The notes beneath the pieces are model-generated. The model was not told the DNA's origin, searched no databases, and worked only from the letters and a program-made list of their open reading frames with translations. A DNA stretch of 64,000 nt from Geosiphon pyriformis uo1 (Eukaryota > Fungi > Glomeromycota): positions 341,663 through 405,662 of the forward strand of contig JAAOMT010000088.1 in assembly GCA_016748015.1 (NCBI GenBank). The letters run 5' to 3'. This document shows, piece after piece, positions 12,837 through 25,677 of the stretch (position 1 is the first letter of the stretch; every line of letters begins with the position of its first letter). The translations under genes and the position numbers were made by a program.

Positions 12837-15269
12837 ATTTGGTAAAAAAAAATTTTCTCTAATTTTAAATATATTAATTTTTTTTATTAACTTATCAAAA
12901 AAGCTAAAAGACATTATTAAATTTTAATAATTATGATTAATTAATACAAAGTAAATAATTACAACAATATTACTATTAAAACAATATTTTTATGTTTTAT
13001 AACTAAGAAACTTAATAGATAAAACTAAAATAACAACAAATTTTCAAAGATTAATAAACTAATTTAATAAGAAAATTAATATATCAAAAGACTTTCAAGC
13101 TTTTTTTTTTACTTTTAAAAACAGATTTTATCTTTAAAACATGAATATCAAATATTATAATATTATTTACCAAGTTTATTCATAATAATATCTCTTAAAA
13201 AAAACTTTAATTAAAAAAAAATCATTAGCCAAAAATAAAAAAATATTTTAAAAACTGTCAAAAGCAGTTTTTTATTATTAATATTTAAAAAAATATTATT
13301 AAAGCATTTTGTTTAACTGTTTCAATAATAAAAAAACTCTTTTTTATTAAAATTTTATTAATTATTATAGAAAAAGTAATATTTAAAACTTTTTTATTCT
13401 TTGTTTTAATTATAGTTATAAAATTAAGAAAAAAAAGAGTGTCTTCATGTTTTTTTATTATTATTTTTATTATTAATTAATAATATTAAAATATTTATTA
13501 ATTTATTATTAATTTTTATTATTAATTATAAAAATATTAATTTTATTTTTTAAGTATTATTTATATATTAATAATAATTAATTAGTTTTTGTTAAAAAAT
13601 TTTATTCCAAATAATTTATTAAAATTAGATATAATATTGTTTTTATTATTATAAAAACTTAATAAAAAATAAAAAACCTTTTTTTTGTATTTTTAAAATT
13701 ACTATACAATAAATACAATAAAAACTTTTTTTTTTATATATTCCGAATTTTTTAAAGAGCATTTTTTGAAAAAGAAGTTTTTTATTTTATTTTTTTATTT
13801 TTGTCTTTTTTGTTCTATTATTTTTAATATTTCTTAAGCAAATAATCTTTTTGTGATAGTCTTAATGGCTAATTTTAATAACAATATGTCTAAAAAAAAA
13901 GCATTCAAAGAAATAATTTATGAATTTAGTAAAGATTTTTTTTTCAAAAAAAGAGAGTTTCAATTGACAATGTTAAATAATTTAGTAATAAAAAATATAT
14001 TTTTCTGGTTAAGTTTAGTTCTGATGAAGGTGTATATTCGAACATAAATAGTAAATCTGGTTACAGTGATAACAAAAATGTTTTAGCTAATATTGATCAT
14101 AGTTTTTTTTTGGTTTAACAACAACAACTCTTAAAGCAAAAAAGATTGTTAAAAACTTAGAATGTGGTTTTTTTCTTAGTAAAATTAACTTTAACATGAA
14201 TGAAAATAGTGGTTCTCTTCTCTTTTCTTTTAATATATCTTTAAAAAAAAGATGAATAGATCTAAAAATAGTAAAAACTTGAGTAGAAATGGCAATAAAA
14301 AAATTTTTTATATTGAACATAAATTTTTTAACAGTAAAAAAAAATCAGTAACAATTAAGACACAATTCATTAAAAAATTTTTTTTATCTGTCAATGGTTT
14401 TATTTTTTTAAAATTTAAAAAGATTATTAAAGCTCTGTATTATCTATTTTTGTATAGACTGAAATTATTTGAACAGATACAAACAGATGACAAGATAACT
14501 TTATTAATTAGATTCTCTAATATAATAGAAATTTTTGGTCATCTATTTGTATACTGGTTTTTGGATTTACAAATTTTAAGTTGAATACCAAAAAATTCAC
14601 TACAATTTTTGGTCAAGTTAAAAGTCAGTTCTGTAAATAATTTTCTGGCAAACATAATAAGAATTTTTTTAGATAACAAGATTTTTTTAGCAGATAAACT
14701 ATCTAGTGTTTTTTATTTTCCTAACCACTTTTTTATGTCTAATATACTAGAAAATTTTTATTATTTTAAAATAATCTGGTTTATAAAACAACTGAATATT
14801 GCTTTTGGTAATAAGTTTTTAGTTAAGTATGGTTTAATTATGAATTGAAAAACTTTTTGATATTAGAAAAAGTTAAGTCCAAAAAATTTAGTGCCAATAT
14901 AATTTGTAAAAACTTTAGTTTATGTAAATAATTTTCTTATTAATCTTAGTAAAAACATGCCTAATTCTGACTGCTCAAATTTTTTTAAATCAAGAAAGTT
15001 TTTAGAGATTTAAAAACATCTACATAAACTATAGAAAGAAGTAATTAATGTATATATTAATAGTTTATTAAAGACTTAGATACTATAAAGATAATAAATA
15101 AAGCAGTAATTTATTTTCCTAATGTTAGATAAACATAAGTGTTAAAGTTTTTGAATTAATGTTATCAATAATATTAGAATTACAAATTATTATCTTGGTA
15201 TTAAAATGTATTTCTTCTTTTTGTTTTGTGATTCTATATACAAACAGCCAAACTGTTATAGATATATGT

Positions 15270-16192
15270 TGTTACTTATAGAAAAGAATACAAAAAAAAT
15301 AGTAGAAAAAACAAATAAGAAAAATAGATTAATAAAAGAATAATATTGAGCATATAAGTATATTGTTAGTAAATTAAGACATATTGTTTAACAATATAAG
15401 CAATATTAGTAGATTAGGACACATTGCTTAACAATATAAGCAATATTAATAGATTAGAGCATATTACTTAGCAATATGAACATTGCTTGAAAAATTAGGA
15501 CACATTGTTTACAAATATGTAAGATTTTGTAAAACATCAATTATGTATATATAGCAAAAGTATTAAAAACAGAAAAGACAAAATTCATAGTTAGAATACA
15601 CAGTTAAAGCTCCCAGTTAAGAAAAGTTAGAAGCAGTTCAAAATTTTCATCATATTTTAATAAATTATTAATTACCACTTGAATTTATGTTATTATCACT
15701 TGATTGAAGAATATTAATCATTTTTACTCTATTAACATAGAGTGTTAATAGAATTTAATATTTAACTACACTGGAACAATAGCTCTTGATTACAGCTATT
15801 GATGGAATACTAATTTTTTCTTTTTATTTTTTTTCTTTTTTTATTTTATTTATTTTTTTTGTTTTGTTGTTTACTAATTGATTAAAAATTAATGCACAAA
15901 GTTATTAATATTAAAAGCACTGGTAAAAAACTCCAGAAAGAAGGTAGACAATTATAAATTAAAGATTACTTACCAGAAAATTACTGGCCATTAAGCTGAT
16001 AAAGAAATTAATAGAATTGAATATTCTGGGAAACAACTAAAACAATCATTAAATTTTTGTCTATTATACAAAAAACTCAAACAAAAATCTTCAGACACTA
16101 AAATCTTCAGATATTACCAACTGTATTAATTATTGAGCACCAAATTACAGGTTTGTTATTTGTATTAACACCCCAAATAATCATCTATAATA
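15270..16192 (+). repeat. E1 5' LTR (contains ~40-bp tandem repeats at ~15345-15510)
   Basis: TGTTAC...TAATA; direct repeat of 20839-21758. Confidence 0.92.
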
Positions 16193-16635
16193 TTTGATGC
16201 TTTCTGTAAGATAATATTGAAAATAATCCAGAACAATTCTATGAACATTATTAAAATTTGGCACTGACTAGAGAAAAGCAAGAGCAGTATTTGGAACAGT
16301 TAAACACAAAACTCTGTAAACACTGCCTAATTTCCAGTGACTTTAAAAATTGTAATAATTGTAACTTTATTTACAATCTACTATTATGCATGATTTATAT
16401 AATCCTAGAAAAAAATAAACTAATCAGTAGTTATACAGTGAAATCAGAATTGTTATTTAATCACAATTCAAACTATAATAACAATAATAATAATAACAAC
16501 AGTTCCAGCTCTGTTTCAAATAGCTATAACAATAAAAATTTAAATTCCAACAAAGACTCAGAACAATATATTGTGCTCTCTGATCTTTCAAAAGAGCAGA
16601 AACTGAAATAGTTCAGTAATAATGACAAAAGTATT

Positions 16636-16930
16636 ATGCTAGAAAGAGTGCATAATACTGATACAAAGTTTAATTTAAGATATTCAAGAAACATTGTTAT
16701 TAAATTGAAACCATATTTACACATCTATATAGATTTAAAATTAGCAATAGAAATTTCAGCAACAACAATGATTCAATTAGTCTTAAGATCTAGTCTAACA
16801 AAAAAAGAAATTAATATCAAAGGAGGAATAATTAATACAGAATATGTAGAATATATTATTGCAATACTACAAAATAACTTGGAAAAAAAATATATTATAA
16901 AACAATATTCCTACTTTTGGTGAAAAAAAA
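16636..16930 (+). pseudogene. Retrotransposon-encoded dUTPase
   Basis: ERVHNTDTKFNLRY (DAGFDL, motif 1), LRSSLTKK (RSS, motif 2), GGIINTEYVEYI (GGIIDAGYxGxI, motif 3); the deviations are consistent with G>A/C>T changes. Confidence 0.85.
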
Positions 16931-17379
16931 CCATTAATAAGAAAAAAATTATTTTCACTTATTAATTAGTTTCTATTCTATTATATAATCAGTACATATT
17001 AGTAATAGAAAGAAAAGTAAAGGGCCAGTTCCAAATTTTTGAAACAGGACCAACTATTTGTAAATCAGAAAAGATTGGAATTACCAATCTCTATATACTA
17101 GTTAAGAACTATAAGCACATCAAAATTCTCATCTATAATACAACTGGAGACATTATTGAAATACCAAGCAGAACAACTATTGAATATTTAAGCACTAAAG
17201 TTGAAAACCAATTACCAAATACTATTTCAAACTTTTCACAACTGTGCAAATATGTAGATATTATATTACAAACAATATATGAATGAAAAGAATATTATTT
17301 GCTTTAACCAAAACAATTGGACCAAATGAACTTAAAAAACTTAGATCCACTTTAACACATATAACTCAAAATATTACTC

Positions 17380-20100
17380 AATAATTTCACTGATATTTTT
17401 GCCAGTGAAAATGAATTTGGGAAAACTAACATTATTTAGTATTAGATTAAGACTGAAAATACAATGTCAATAAAACAATGAGCATACAGAATACTATTAA
17501 CCAGTCACAAAATTATTTGACAAGAAATCAACAAAATATTGAACAATAGATTAATTCAATCATTGATGAGTTCATGGTTATTACTAGTGATACTGGTCTG
17601 GAAAAAGAATAGAAAGATCTGCTTTTGTATAGATTATAGAAAACTCAACAATATGACTTGTAAAAACAGTTATTCAACTCTACAAATTCAAGAATTATTC
17701 AATGTATTTGGAGGGTAAAATGGTTTTCAATATTAAATTTGAACAGTAGTTACTAACAGATAGCCATAAAACCAGAAGATAAAGAAAAAACTACTTTTAC
17801 AATCAGAGAAAAAAATTTCGAGTTTGATGTTATGCCATTTGACTTAACCAATATACCAGTTATCTTCCAACAACTCATGAAAATTGTTTATATTAGACTG
17901 CTATGGAAATTAGTAGTTGTTTATTTGAATAACACCAAAATGTTTTTAAAAACATTTAATGATTATTTTTATTATCTACAGTAAATGTTTAAGAAACTAA
18001 AAAGAGCTGAATTAAAACTAAATACAACCAAATACTTCTTTGGCAAAACAGAACTGAAATTCTTGGAACATGTTATAAGCAAAGATGGCATCAAGACAGA
18101 TCCAGATAAGATTAAGATAATTAAGAACTTTCTAGTACCAACAAATTTCATAGAATTAAGAACATTCTTAGAATTTGCTGAATACTATTGCTGTTTTATC
18201 CAAAACTTTTTCAAACTGGCTTAACCACTTCACCAGTTCTAAGCCAAAAACATTAAGTATGAATGGATTAAAACCCAACAAGAAGCTTTTAATATATTAA
18301 GAAGAAAACTTATTTAAGCTTCAATACTAATTTATCTAAATTACAATAAATCATTTATTATTACTATTAATACATCAGGTCAAGCATTAAAAGCAGTACT
18401 ATTTCAGAGAAAACCAAATAAAAAAGAACACTCAGTAGTATATACCAGCTAAAGCTTAAGCCTAACTAAAAAGAACTATGGAACTTTAATACTGAAATAT
18501 TTGGCTATCTATTGGGTTATTATAAAATAAAAAGAATATTTGAGTCAAAAGTTTGATATATACACTAATTACAAAGGATTGATATTAATTTAAAAGCAAA
18601 AATTTGAAGACAATTATTATGTCAAATAGAAAATAAAACTTTCACTATTTAAATATACAATATATTATAAAAAGAAAAAAAAAAATAGAAATGTTAATAG
18701 ATTGTTGTAAATAAAATAAATCTAAAAACATTTCAACTCAAAATATAACAAAAGATAAACACACAAAAATATTTATAATTTTAACATTATATTAATACCC
18801 AACAATTCAAAAAAAAATTATCTTAAAAAGAATAAAACAACATAAAACAACAATCAAAATATTTTATTACTTACCAAAATATACTGTATTGAAAAACAAA
18901 AAAAATTCGGATCAATTACTTAGAGTAATTACAGAACCAGAAAAAAAAACAATACTATACAACATATACTCAGATCTAACAGCAGGACATTTTCATAAAG
19001 AAACAACCATAGAGAAAACCAGAAAGAGATATTATTGGTATCAATATATCCAGATATCATTTAATATATTCAAAATTGTGATGCTTGTCAAAAAAAAAAA
19101 ACCTTAGTAAACTACTAAACCAATTAGAATAAAACAATCATTTGATCAAATTGGAATTGACTTAGTCAGACCATTAACAATAATCAGTAGAAGTAATTAT
19201 TATATAGCAGTAACCATAAATTATCTCACAAAATGGCCAGAAGCAAAAGCAATTCAAAGAGCAGATGCAAAATTCATAGCTGAATTCATCTATCAAGATT
19301 TAATTTGTCAAAATAAATGTCTGAAAAAACTATTATCAGATCAAAGAACTCATTTTGTGAACAGAATATTAGCAAAATTAAGTCAAAAATTTGGAATCAA
19401 AAAACCATTATTATTATTATATTATCTACAAACAAATGACTTAGTTGAAAGATTCAACAGAACATTATGTAAAGCAATAGCAAAAATCAGTCAAAAAAAC
19501 CAGAATAAATGGGATTTGTTTATACTATTAGTACTATTTGTTTATTAAACAATAAAGCAAGATATCATACAAGCAATACTATTTAAACTTATTTATAGTA
19601 AAACAGCAATATTACCAGTGGAGATAAACATCAACATATATTCAACAGAACTAATAACAAAAGCCAACTTCTAAAGAACATTATTAAAAAGAACATACAA
19701 ACTAATAAAAACATTAAAAAACAAAAGATGAAGAGCAATTGATAATATTCAAAAGTCACAAAAAAAAACAAAAAAAACAACACAATAACTAATTACCAGA
19801 TAAACCAGTTAAATTCAAGATTGGAGACAAAATATTTTTATATCATATCAAAGTAAAAAAACAATGGAGTGGAAAATTTAACTGCAAATAAAACAAACCA
19901 TTCTATATTGAAAAAATTCTAGAAAATGAAGCTTATAAACTAAGATGAGACAACAAAATCTTAGTTAAAGCAGTACATAAAGATCAACTAAAACCATATT
20001 ACAATATAGTATTATTATCTATCAGTAATATTCCACAACTAAGAGTACAAGATATACTAGTCAAATCAGATAAGATTCTATGAAATCTAGAACCAATTAT
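17380..20100 (+). pseudogene. E1 pol: RT, RNase H, integrase (degenerate)
   Basis: ICFCIDYRKLN, FEFDVMPFDLTN, VVVYLNN (YLDD), HFHKETT..RYYW (HHCC region), QTNDLVERFNRTL. Confidence 0.9.
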
Positions 20101-20211
20101 TATTATTGAAGCAAACATATTAAATTAATTTACCAGAACAGTATATAAAAACATGGTATATGTGACAAAAGCAATAACAAAAAAATAAAAATTCCAAACC
20201 ATATCTATTCA

Positions 20212-20815
20212 ATGGCTCAACAATTATTCCAAGCTTTAAATCAACAATAATTAAATATAGAAATCATTATTAATCACCAAACAATCTGCTATTGGAACAC
20301 CAAAAAAAGAAGAAAAGCAGAAAATACATTATATCAGTAACTATTGAACTTAACAAAACATTGGTCAGATAAAATAATAGAAAAAGTGAAGAATATTTTT
20401 GGAAAAATACTCATAATTATTTCAATAGAAGAGCTAACAAAAGAAATTAAAAATATTGAACAGAACAACTTCCAATACTATACTGTTATTATTAGTTAGA
20501 ACAAAAGCTGAATATTTAAGAACTATATACCAACAAATCTAAGAAAATATTCAATTAAGAAATAATACAGCAAATTAAAGACTTTATTGAAAAGAAGACA
20601 AATTTATTATTTCATATTAAAACAATCTATCAGCTATATACAATATTTCAAAATTATCCAAAAATACTATTACATTCAGAAATAGAAACAATAATCATTA
20701 ACCAGTGGGGAAAAATAAACAATTTACAAATAAAAGACATAAAAACCAGAGTTAAACAAACAGTATTAAAAAAAGAAGTATTGAAATTAACTCAAAATAA
20801 AGATTTTGATGGAGC
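20212..20815 (+). pseudogene. E1 extra ORF downstream of pol, unknown function
   Basis: MAQQLFQALNQQ*LNIEIIINHQTICYWNT..., a protein-like frame between integrase and the PPT; same position as the E2 ORF at 34026-34745. Confidence 0.55.
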
Positions 20816-20838
20816 TTAATATTAAAAAAAAATAATAA

Positions 20839-21758
20839 TATTACTTATAGAAAAGAGTACAAGAAAAATAATAGAAAAACCAAATAGAAAAAATAGACCA
20901 ATAAGAGAATAATATTGAGCATATAAGCATATTGCTAATAAATTAAAACACATTGCTTAGCAATATGAGCAATATTAGTAGATTAGGACATATTGTTTAA
21001 CAATATGAGTAATGTTAATAAATTAGGACACATTGCTCAACAATATGAGTATTGCTTAAAAAATTAAAACACATTGCTTATAAATATATAAAATTTCATA
21101 GAACATCAATTATGTATATATAGTGAAAGTGTTAGAAGCAAAAAAAACAGAATTTACAGCTAAAATACACAGTTAGAATCTCTGATTAAAAAAAGTTAGA
21201 AGCAGTTCAAAATTTTTATTACATTTAATAAATTATTAATTACTACTTGAATTTATGTTATTATTACTTGATTGAAAAATATTAATCATCTTTATTTTAT
21301 CAACACTCTATATTGATAGAATCTAATATTTAATCATATTGAAACAATAACTTTTAATCATGGCTATTGACAAGATACTAATTTTTTTTTATTTATTTTC
21401 TTTCTTTATTTATTTTATTTTTTTTTGTTTTATTGTTTACTAATTGATTAATAATTAATACACAGAGTTATTAATGTTAAAGACACTGGTAAAAAACTTC
21501 AGAAAGAAAATAGGCAATTATAAATTAAGAATTACTTACCAGAAAATTACCAGTCATCAAGCTAAAAAAGAAATTGACAGAATTAAATATTTTGGAAGAT
21601 GACTAAAACAACTATTGAATCTCTATCTATTATATAAAAAACTTAAACAAAAATCTTTAAACACCAAAACTTTCAGATATTATCAATTATATCAGTTATT
21701 GAGCACCAAGTTATGGGTTTTTTATTTGTATTAACATTCCAAATAATCACCTATAACA
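20839..21758 (+). repeat. E1 3' LTR
   Basis: TATTAC...TAACA; direct repeat of 15270-16192. Confidence 0.92.
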
Positions 21759-22859
21759 ATATATTTTAGAGCCCAAGCTTTATACATCTGATTTCCAAAG
21801 CAAATATTAGATTAAAAAATAGCATATGACTAAATTAATTAGGTTAAAAAATATTTTTGTAACATGAATAAAGATCAAAGGCCATTTAGAAAATGTTAAC
21901 AATAATTAAACTAATGTTTTAGTATATAATTTAATATAATCATATTTGATTTTCTCTATTGGTGTTTATTAAAAATTTATAATAGCTAATAGTATAGTTG
22001 TGTTGAACAATATTTGTTATTTTGTTTACAATATTTATTAAATAATATGTTATACTTAATGAAAAGTAGTCCCAAAAAATAGAATTTTATAAAGCTTATT
22101 AATTAAAAATATTAACTAGTATTGTACTGTTTTAGTTTGATATCTTAATTTTTATATATATTTTGAGTTTATCTATAAAACTTCAACTGTTTTTTGCATA
22201 TATTTGATAAAAGCAGTCTATAAAAAGCTGTTGACTGTAGTAAAAAAAGACTTTACAACAAAAATTATCTAAGTATATTATGTCTGTTCTATAACAATGT
22301 TAAACTGCCTAATTATGTTTTTATTTGTCCAAAAAATACCTCAGTATACTCTAAAATCTTGTTGAATTATGCTGAATTATAAAAGTTTCTAATAAGATTT
22401 TATTTTTTGTTATTATCTTTAATACTATATACTTTTTCTTTGAGAGTATTAAATTTGGGCATTTATGAAATTTTATGCAAGAGGTTTTGTTTTTAAAGAC
22501 CAAATTGATAAAACAGCTTTGATATTTAAAAATAAAAAAAAATTGTATTAATAGTAACTAATTTTGTTTGCTGTTTAACTAAAAAACATTATAGTAAGTT
22601 GTAAAATTTTAGGTTAAAATACAGAGTTGATATAAAAAAGTGTAAATTAATTAATAATGTAAGAATTTTGCCAAAGATATACAGTAAACTGTTTGGTTTT
22701 TTGTCAGTAAAAATGGTTTATTTGCTTGGTATTATCAAATTTTTTGCAGTTAGTGTAAGTGTATAGTGTAGTTTTAGTTAGTTTGAGTGACTAATTATGT
22801 ATAGTAAATACATAAATTATATCTAATTTAAACCATTTCTGTTTTTATATTTTTTTTTA

Positions 22860-24890
22860 TTAAAGTTTAATAAATATGACCCAACTATTACTTAAAACAT
22901 AAAATTAAACTAAGTGTAGTTTACATGGTTTTTACATATAACTAGTTACTTAAGCCAGTTCAGATTATGTTATATTGCTACAATGAAAGTTAACTTATTT
23001 AAAGCCAATATTTTTTGAACTATATTAAATAATTAAATATTACAAAAAACTAATTCAACCAGCCATTTAACTGTCTTTAAAAAATTAGTCTTAATACTAT
23101 TAAGCTTATATATTCAAAAAATATTAAACTGGAAAATATATTATTATTAATGCCAATTGGATAATTTAAGTTATTATACATGTCAACATTATTTATACAA
23201 TACTTTTTTTTTAGTGAAATCATGTTTCTCTTCAACTTATTAACAACTTTGCTAAAAAAACTCAGATAAACTATAAATTCATTAATTTTAAGACTAAAAA
23301 TACTGCTTGAAACCAAATCACTTTTAATGAACTGTTTAAAAATAGTAACCAGAGAGCTAATAGATTTAAAAATTAATCCAATGAATACAAAAAATTTGAT
23401 TAAATCAGATTTTAAAGAAAATAACCAAGACAGCACTAAAAAATTACCAACAATAGCTAAAGGAAAAGCAGAAGTTGCCAAAAATAAAAACTTAGAGAAG
23501 CTAAAAGAAGCAGAAGCTTTGGCACAAAACTTATAATCCACAAAACATAATGTAAATATCTTGGAAGCTTTAGGAAAAAAAAGTAAAGATACCCTACAAT
23601 TTATAATCAGATGACCTACTTTCTAATATTTAAAATAGTGCCAACAACCAAAAGTTTTTCATCAAATATAATACTATTTAGTGTATTAGTTTTGCTTATA
23701 GCAGCATCCAAATTTATTTGAAATTTAAATGTAACCAAAACAAACTGGAAATAACAACCAGAATCAAAAAAATAAGGAATAAAACATGTCCAATTACCAA
23801 CTTGAGAAATTATATTACTAATTTTAAAGATGATACAACCAAAAAAAGGTTGACCAACTTGGCCTTAAATCTATTATAAGATATAATAGTCTTATTTTAA
23901 TTTACCAACAAAAAGATCCTAACACTATCTTTATCCACTAAAACTAATCAATAATTTAAAACAAATACAGCAGAATCTAGTTTTTTAAAATAAACAATCA
24001 TATATTGCCAAATGTTAATAGGCTTTAGTACAATACAAGTAATTTTATTAAATACACTAAAAGCTGTTTTAATATTAGCAGCAGATACATTCAAAAGCAC
24101 ATTATAAAATAAAACAACAGCAGAAAAGAAACCAAATTCAGAAACTACCAAAAACTTAATAATTTTAAAAATAGTCAAACAAACAAACTTGTAATCTTAA
24201 TTAGAAACACAGTATTTAGAAAATTTTAAGAAGCAAACTTTATATAAAAGAGTTTTATATTGTTTTTAAAAACAGATTTTACACTCAAAAAACCATATAC
24301 AAACTGGAAAACAGTCTTAATATAAGCCAATTTGATTTTAAAATAGCATTAAATACCAAAGTAGAAACTATTTACTCAGCAAATCTTTAATAACTAGTAA
24401 TAATTTTTCAAGTATCATCAATGGCAGCACCAAAAACCAAAGAAAATAATAATGATTTAGTTTTTATTTGATTAGTCTAGTTTTTAAGAACAAGTAATTT
24501 AACAAAAGACTGTTGTTTTACTTTTAAAACTGGTAAGGATTTGTTAAAAGACTTTATATTTAGCAATACAGCCAGTAGTTAATTCTGGCCTATTTTAAAT
24601 AATAGACTAATTGATACAACAAAAATTTTATTTAAGATCTCATTAGAAATCACAAATGAATTCAGTATAATGATAGTAGAGATAAGCAACTATCTCCACT
24701 TTTTTAAATCTTTGGCCTTTTTAATCATTTTATTAAAAGAAGTAATACTAATAATATCAGATATAGAAACTATAAAAGAGAAAACCAGCTTGTTAATTGG
24801 TCTGTTATTAAAAATTTTTGGACTTTTAAAAAAAGTAGAAACAATATTGAGATTAATTTAAATGTGTCTTTTTGAAGAAACTTTAACTAA
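22860..24890 (-). mobile_element. ORF1-only (half-LINE-like) element, copy B, 3' part; its 5' part resumes at 42918-43150 beyond Gypsy E3
   Basis: RRM-like ORF pieces (23948-24178: AVVLFYNVLLNVSAANIKTAFSVFNKITCIVLKPINIWQYMIVYF; 23077-23541) are followed within ~200 bp by a 3' end matching the LINE 3' UTR (TGGCTTAAGT..AGT.ATATGTA...AGTTGGG). No ORF2 motifs seen. Confidence 0.7.
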
Positions 24891-25677
24891 TATTACAGAT
24901 AATTATTTGAAATATTAAAACAAATAACAAATTCATAACTTGGTGCTTAATAGCTGGTAATATTGGTAATTTTTAAAGATTTTGGTTAAGTTTTTTGTAT
25001 AATAAACAAAGATTTAATTAATGATTTCTTCTATAATTTTCTTTTTTTAGCATAATGGCCAGTTTATTTTGACAGTCATGCCTTTTTGGTAAGCTATTTT
25101 TAAATTTCTACTCTTATTCTTGAATTTTTTATCAGATTATCTCTAATGTTAATTATTTAATACTTAATTTTTTTAATCAATTAATAAACAACAAAAAAAT
25201 AAAATAAAAAAAATAAAAAAAAATAAAAAAAGAAAATAAAAAATTAAGATTTTGTTAATAGTTATAATTAAAAACTATTGGTCTAATATAATTAAGTATT
25301 AAATTTTATTAACATAAAGTGTTGATAATATAAAATAAATTAATATTTTTTTAATCAAGTAATAATAATATAGATTCAATAATAATAAATAATTTTATTA
25401 AATAAGGGAATAATTTTATTTTAAGTTATAGAAAACTATCTTTTGAAAAAAAAGTATTGTTTTAAATTAATATAAATTCTATTAAATTCTTCTGGAATTA
25501 CTTTTTTTGCTTTTAATATTTTCATTATATATATATAATTTATGTTATATAAAATTTCTGAAGAATTTTGCAATTTTTTAAGAGAATCTTAGAATTCTGA
25601 AATTTCCTATTTTACTACATCTATTTTTGATTGGCTATTTTATTTATTATTATAATTTCTAATTTTTATGAGTAATA
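24891..25677 (-). repeat. E3 3' LTR
   Basis: Repeat of 41163-41363 plus 42340-42917; its 3' part is homologous to the E1 LTRs. Confidence 0.88.

Larger units (their letters stand above)
2620..13450 (-). mobile_element. ORF1-only (half-LINE-like) element, copy A; interrupted by the LINE (2956-9790), a solo LTR (10854-11679) and probably a further insertion
   Basis: 2645-2950 aligns by eye to 22865-23130 (3' end, (TAA)n tail at 2620-2645 on the - strand); 10560-10853 plus 11680-12240 align to 23910-24860; 13200-13440 aligns to 42918-43140. Confidence 0.65.
15270..21758 (+). mobile_element. Ty3/Gypsy LTR retrotransposon E1 (dUTPase family; gag and protease deleted)
   Basis: LTR pair, TSD ATGT/ATAT, PBS-like TGATGCTTTCTGTAAG at ~16195, domain order dUTPase-RT-RNaseH-integrase, purine tract before the 3' LTR. 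Confidence 0.92.
13740..22850 (+). mobile_element. Second, older LINE copy, internally deleted and interrupted by Gypsy element E1
   Basis: ORF1 N-terminus (MSKKKAFKEI.. vs MSNKKASKGV..) is fused at ~14430 directly to late ORF2 (ALYYLFLYRLKLFEQIQ...NNFLANIIRIFLDNK). RNase H is split at 15269/21759. The 3' UTR at ~22775-22850 matches 9650-9720. Confidence 0.85.
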
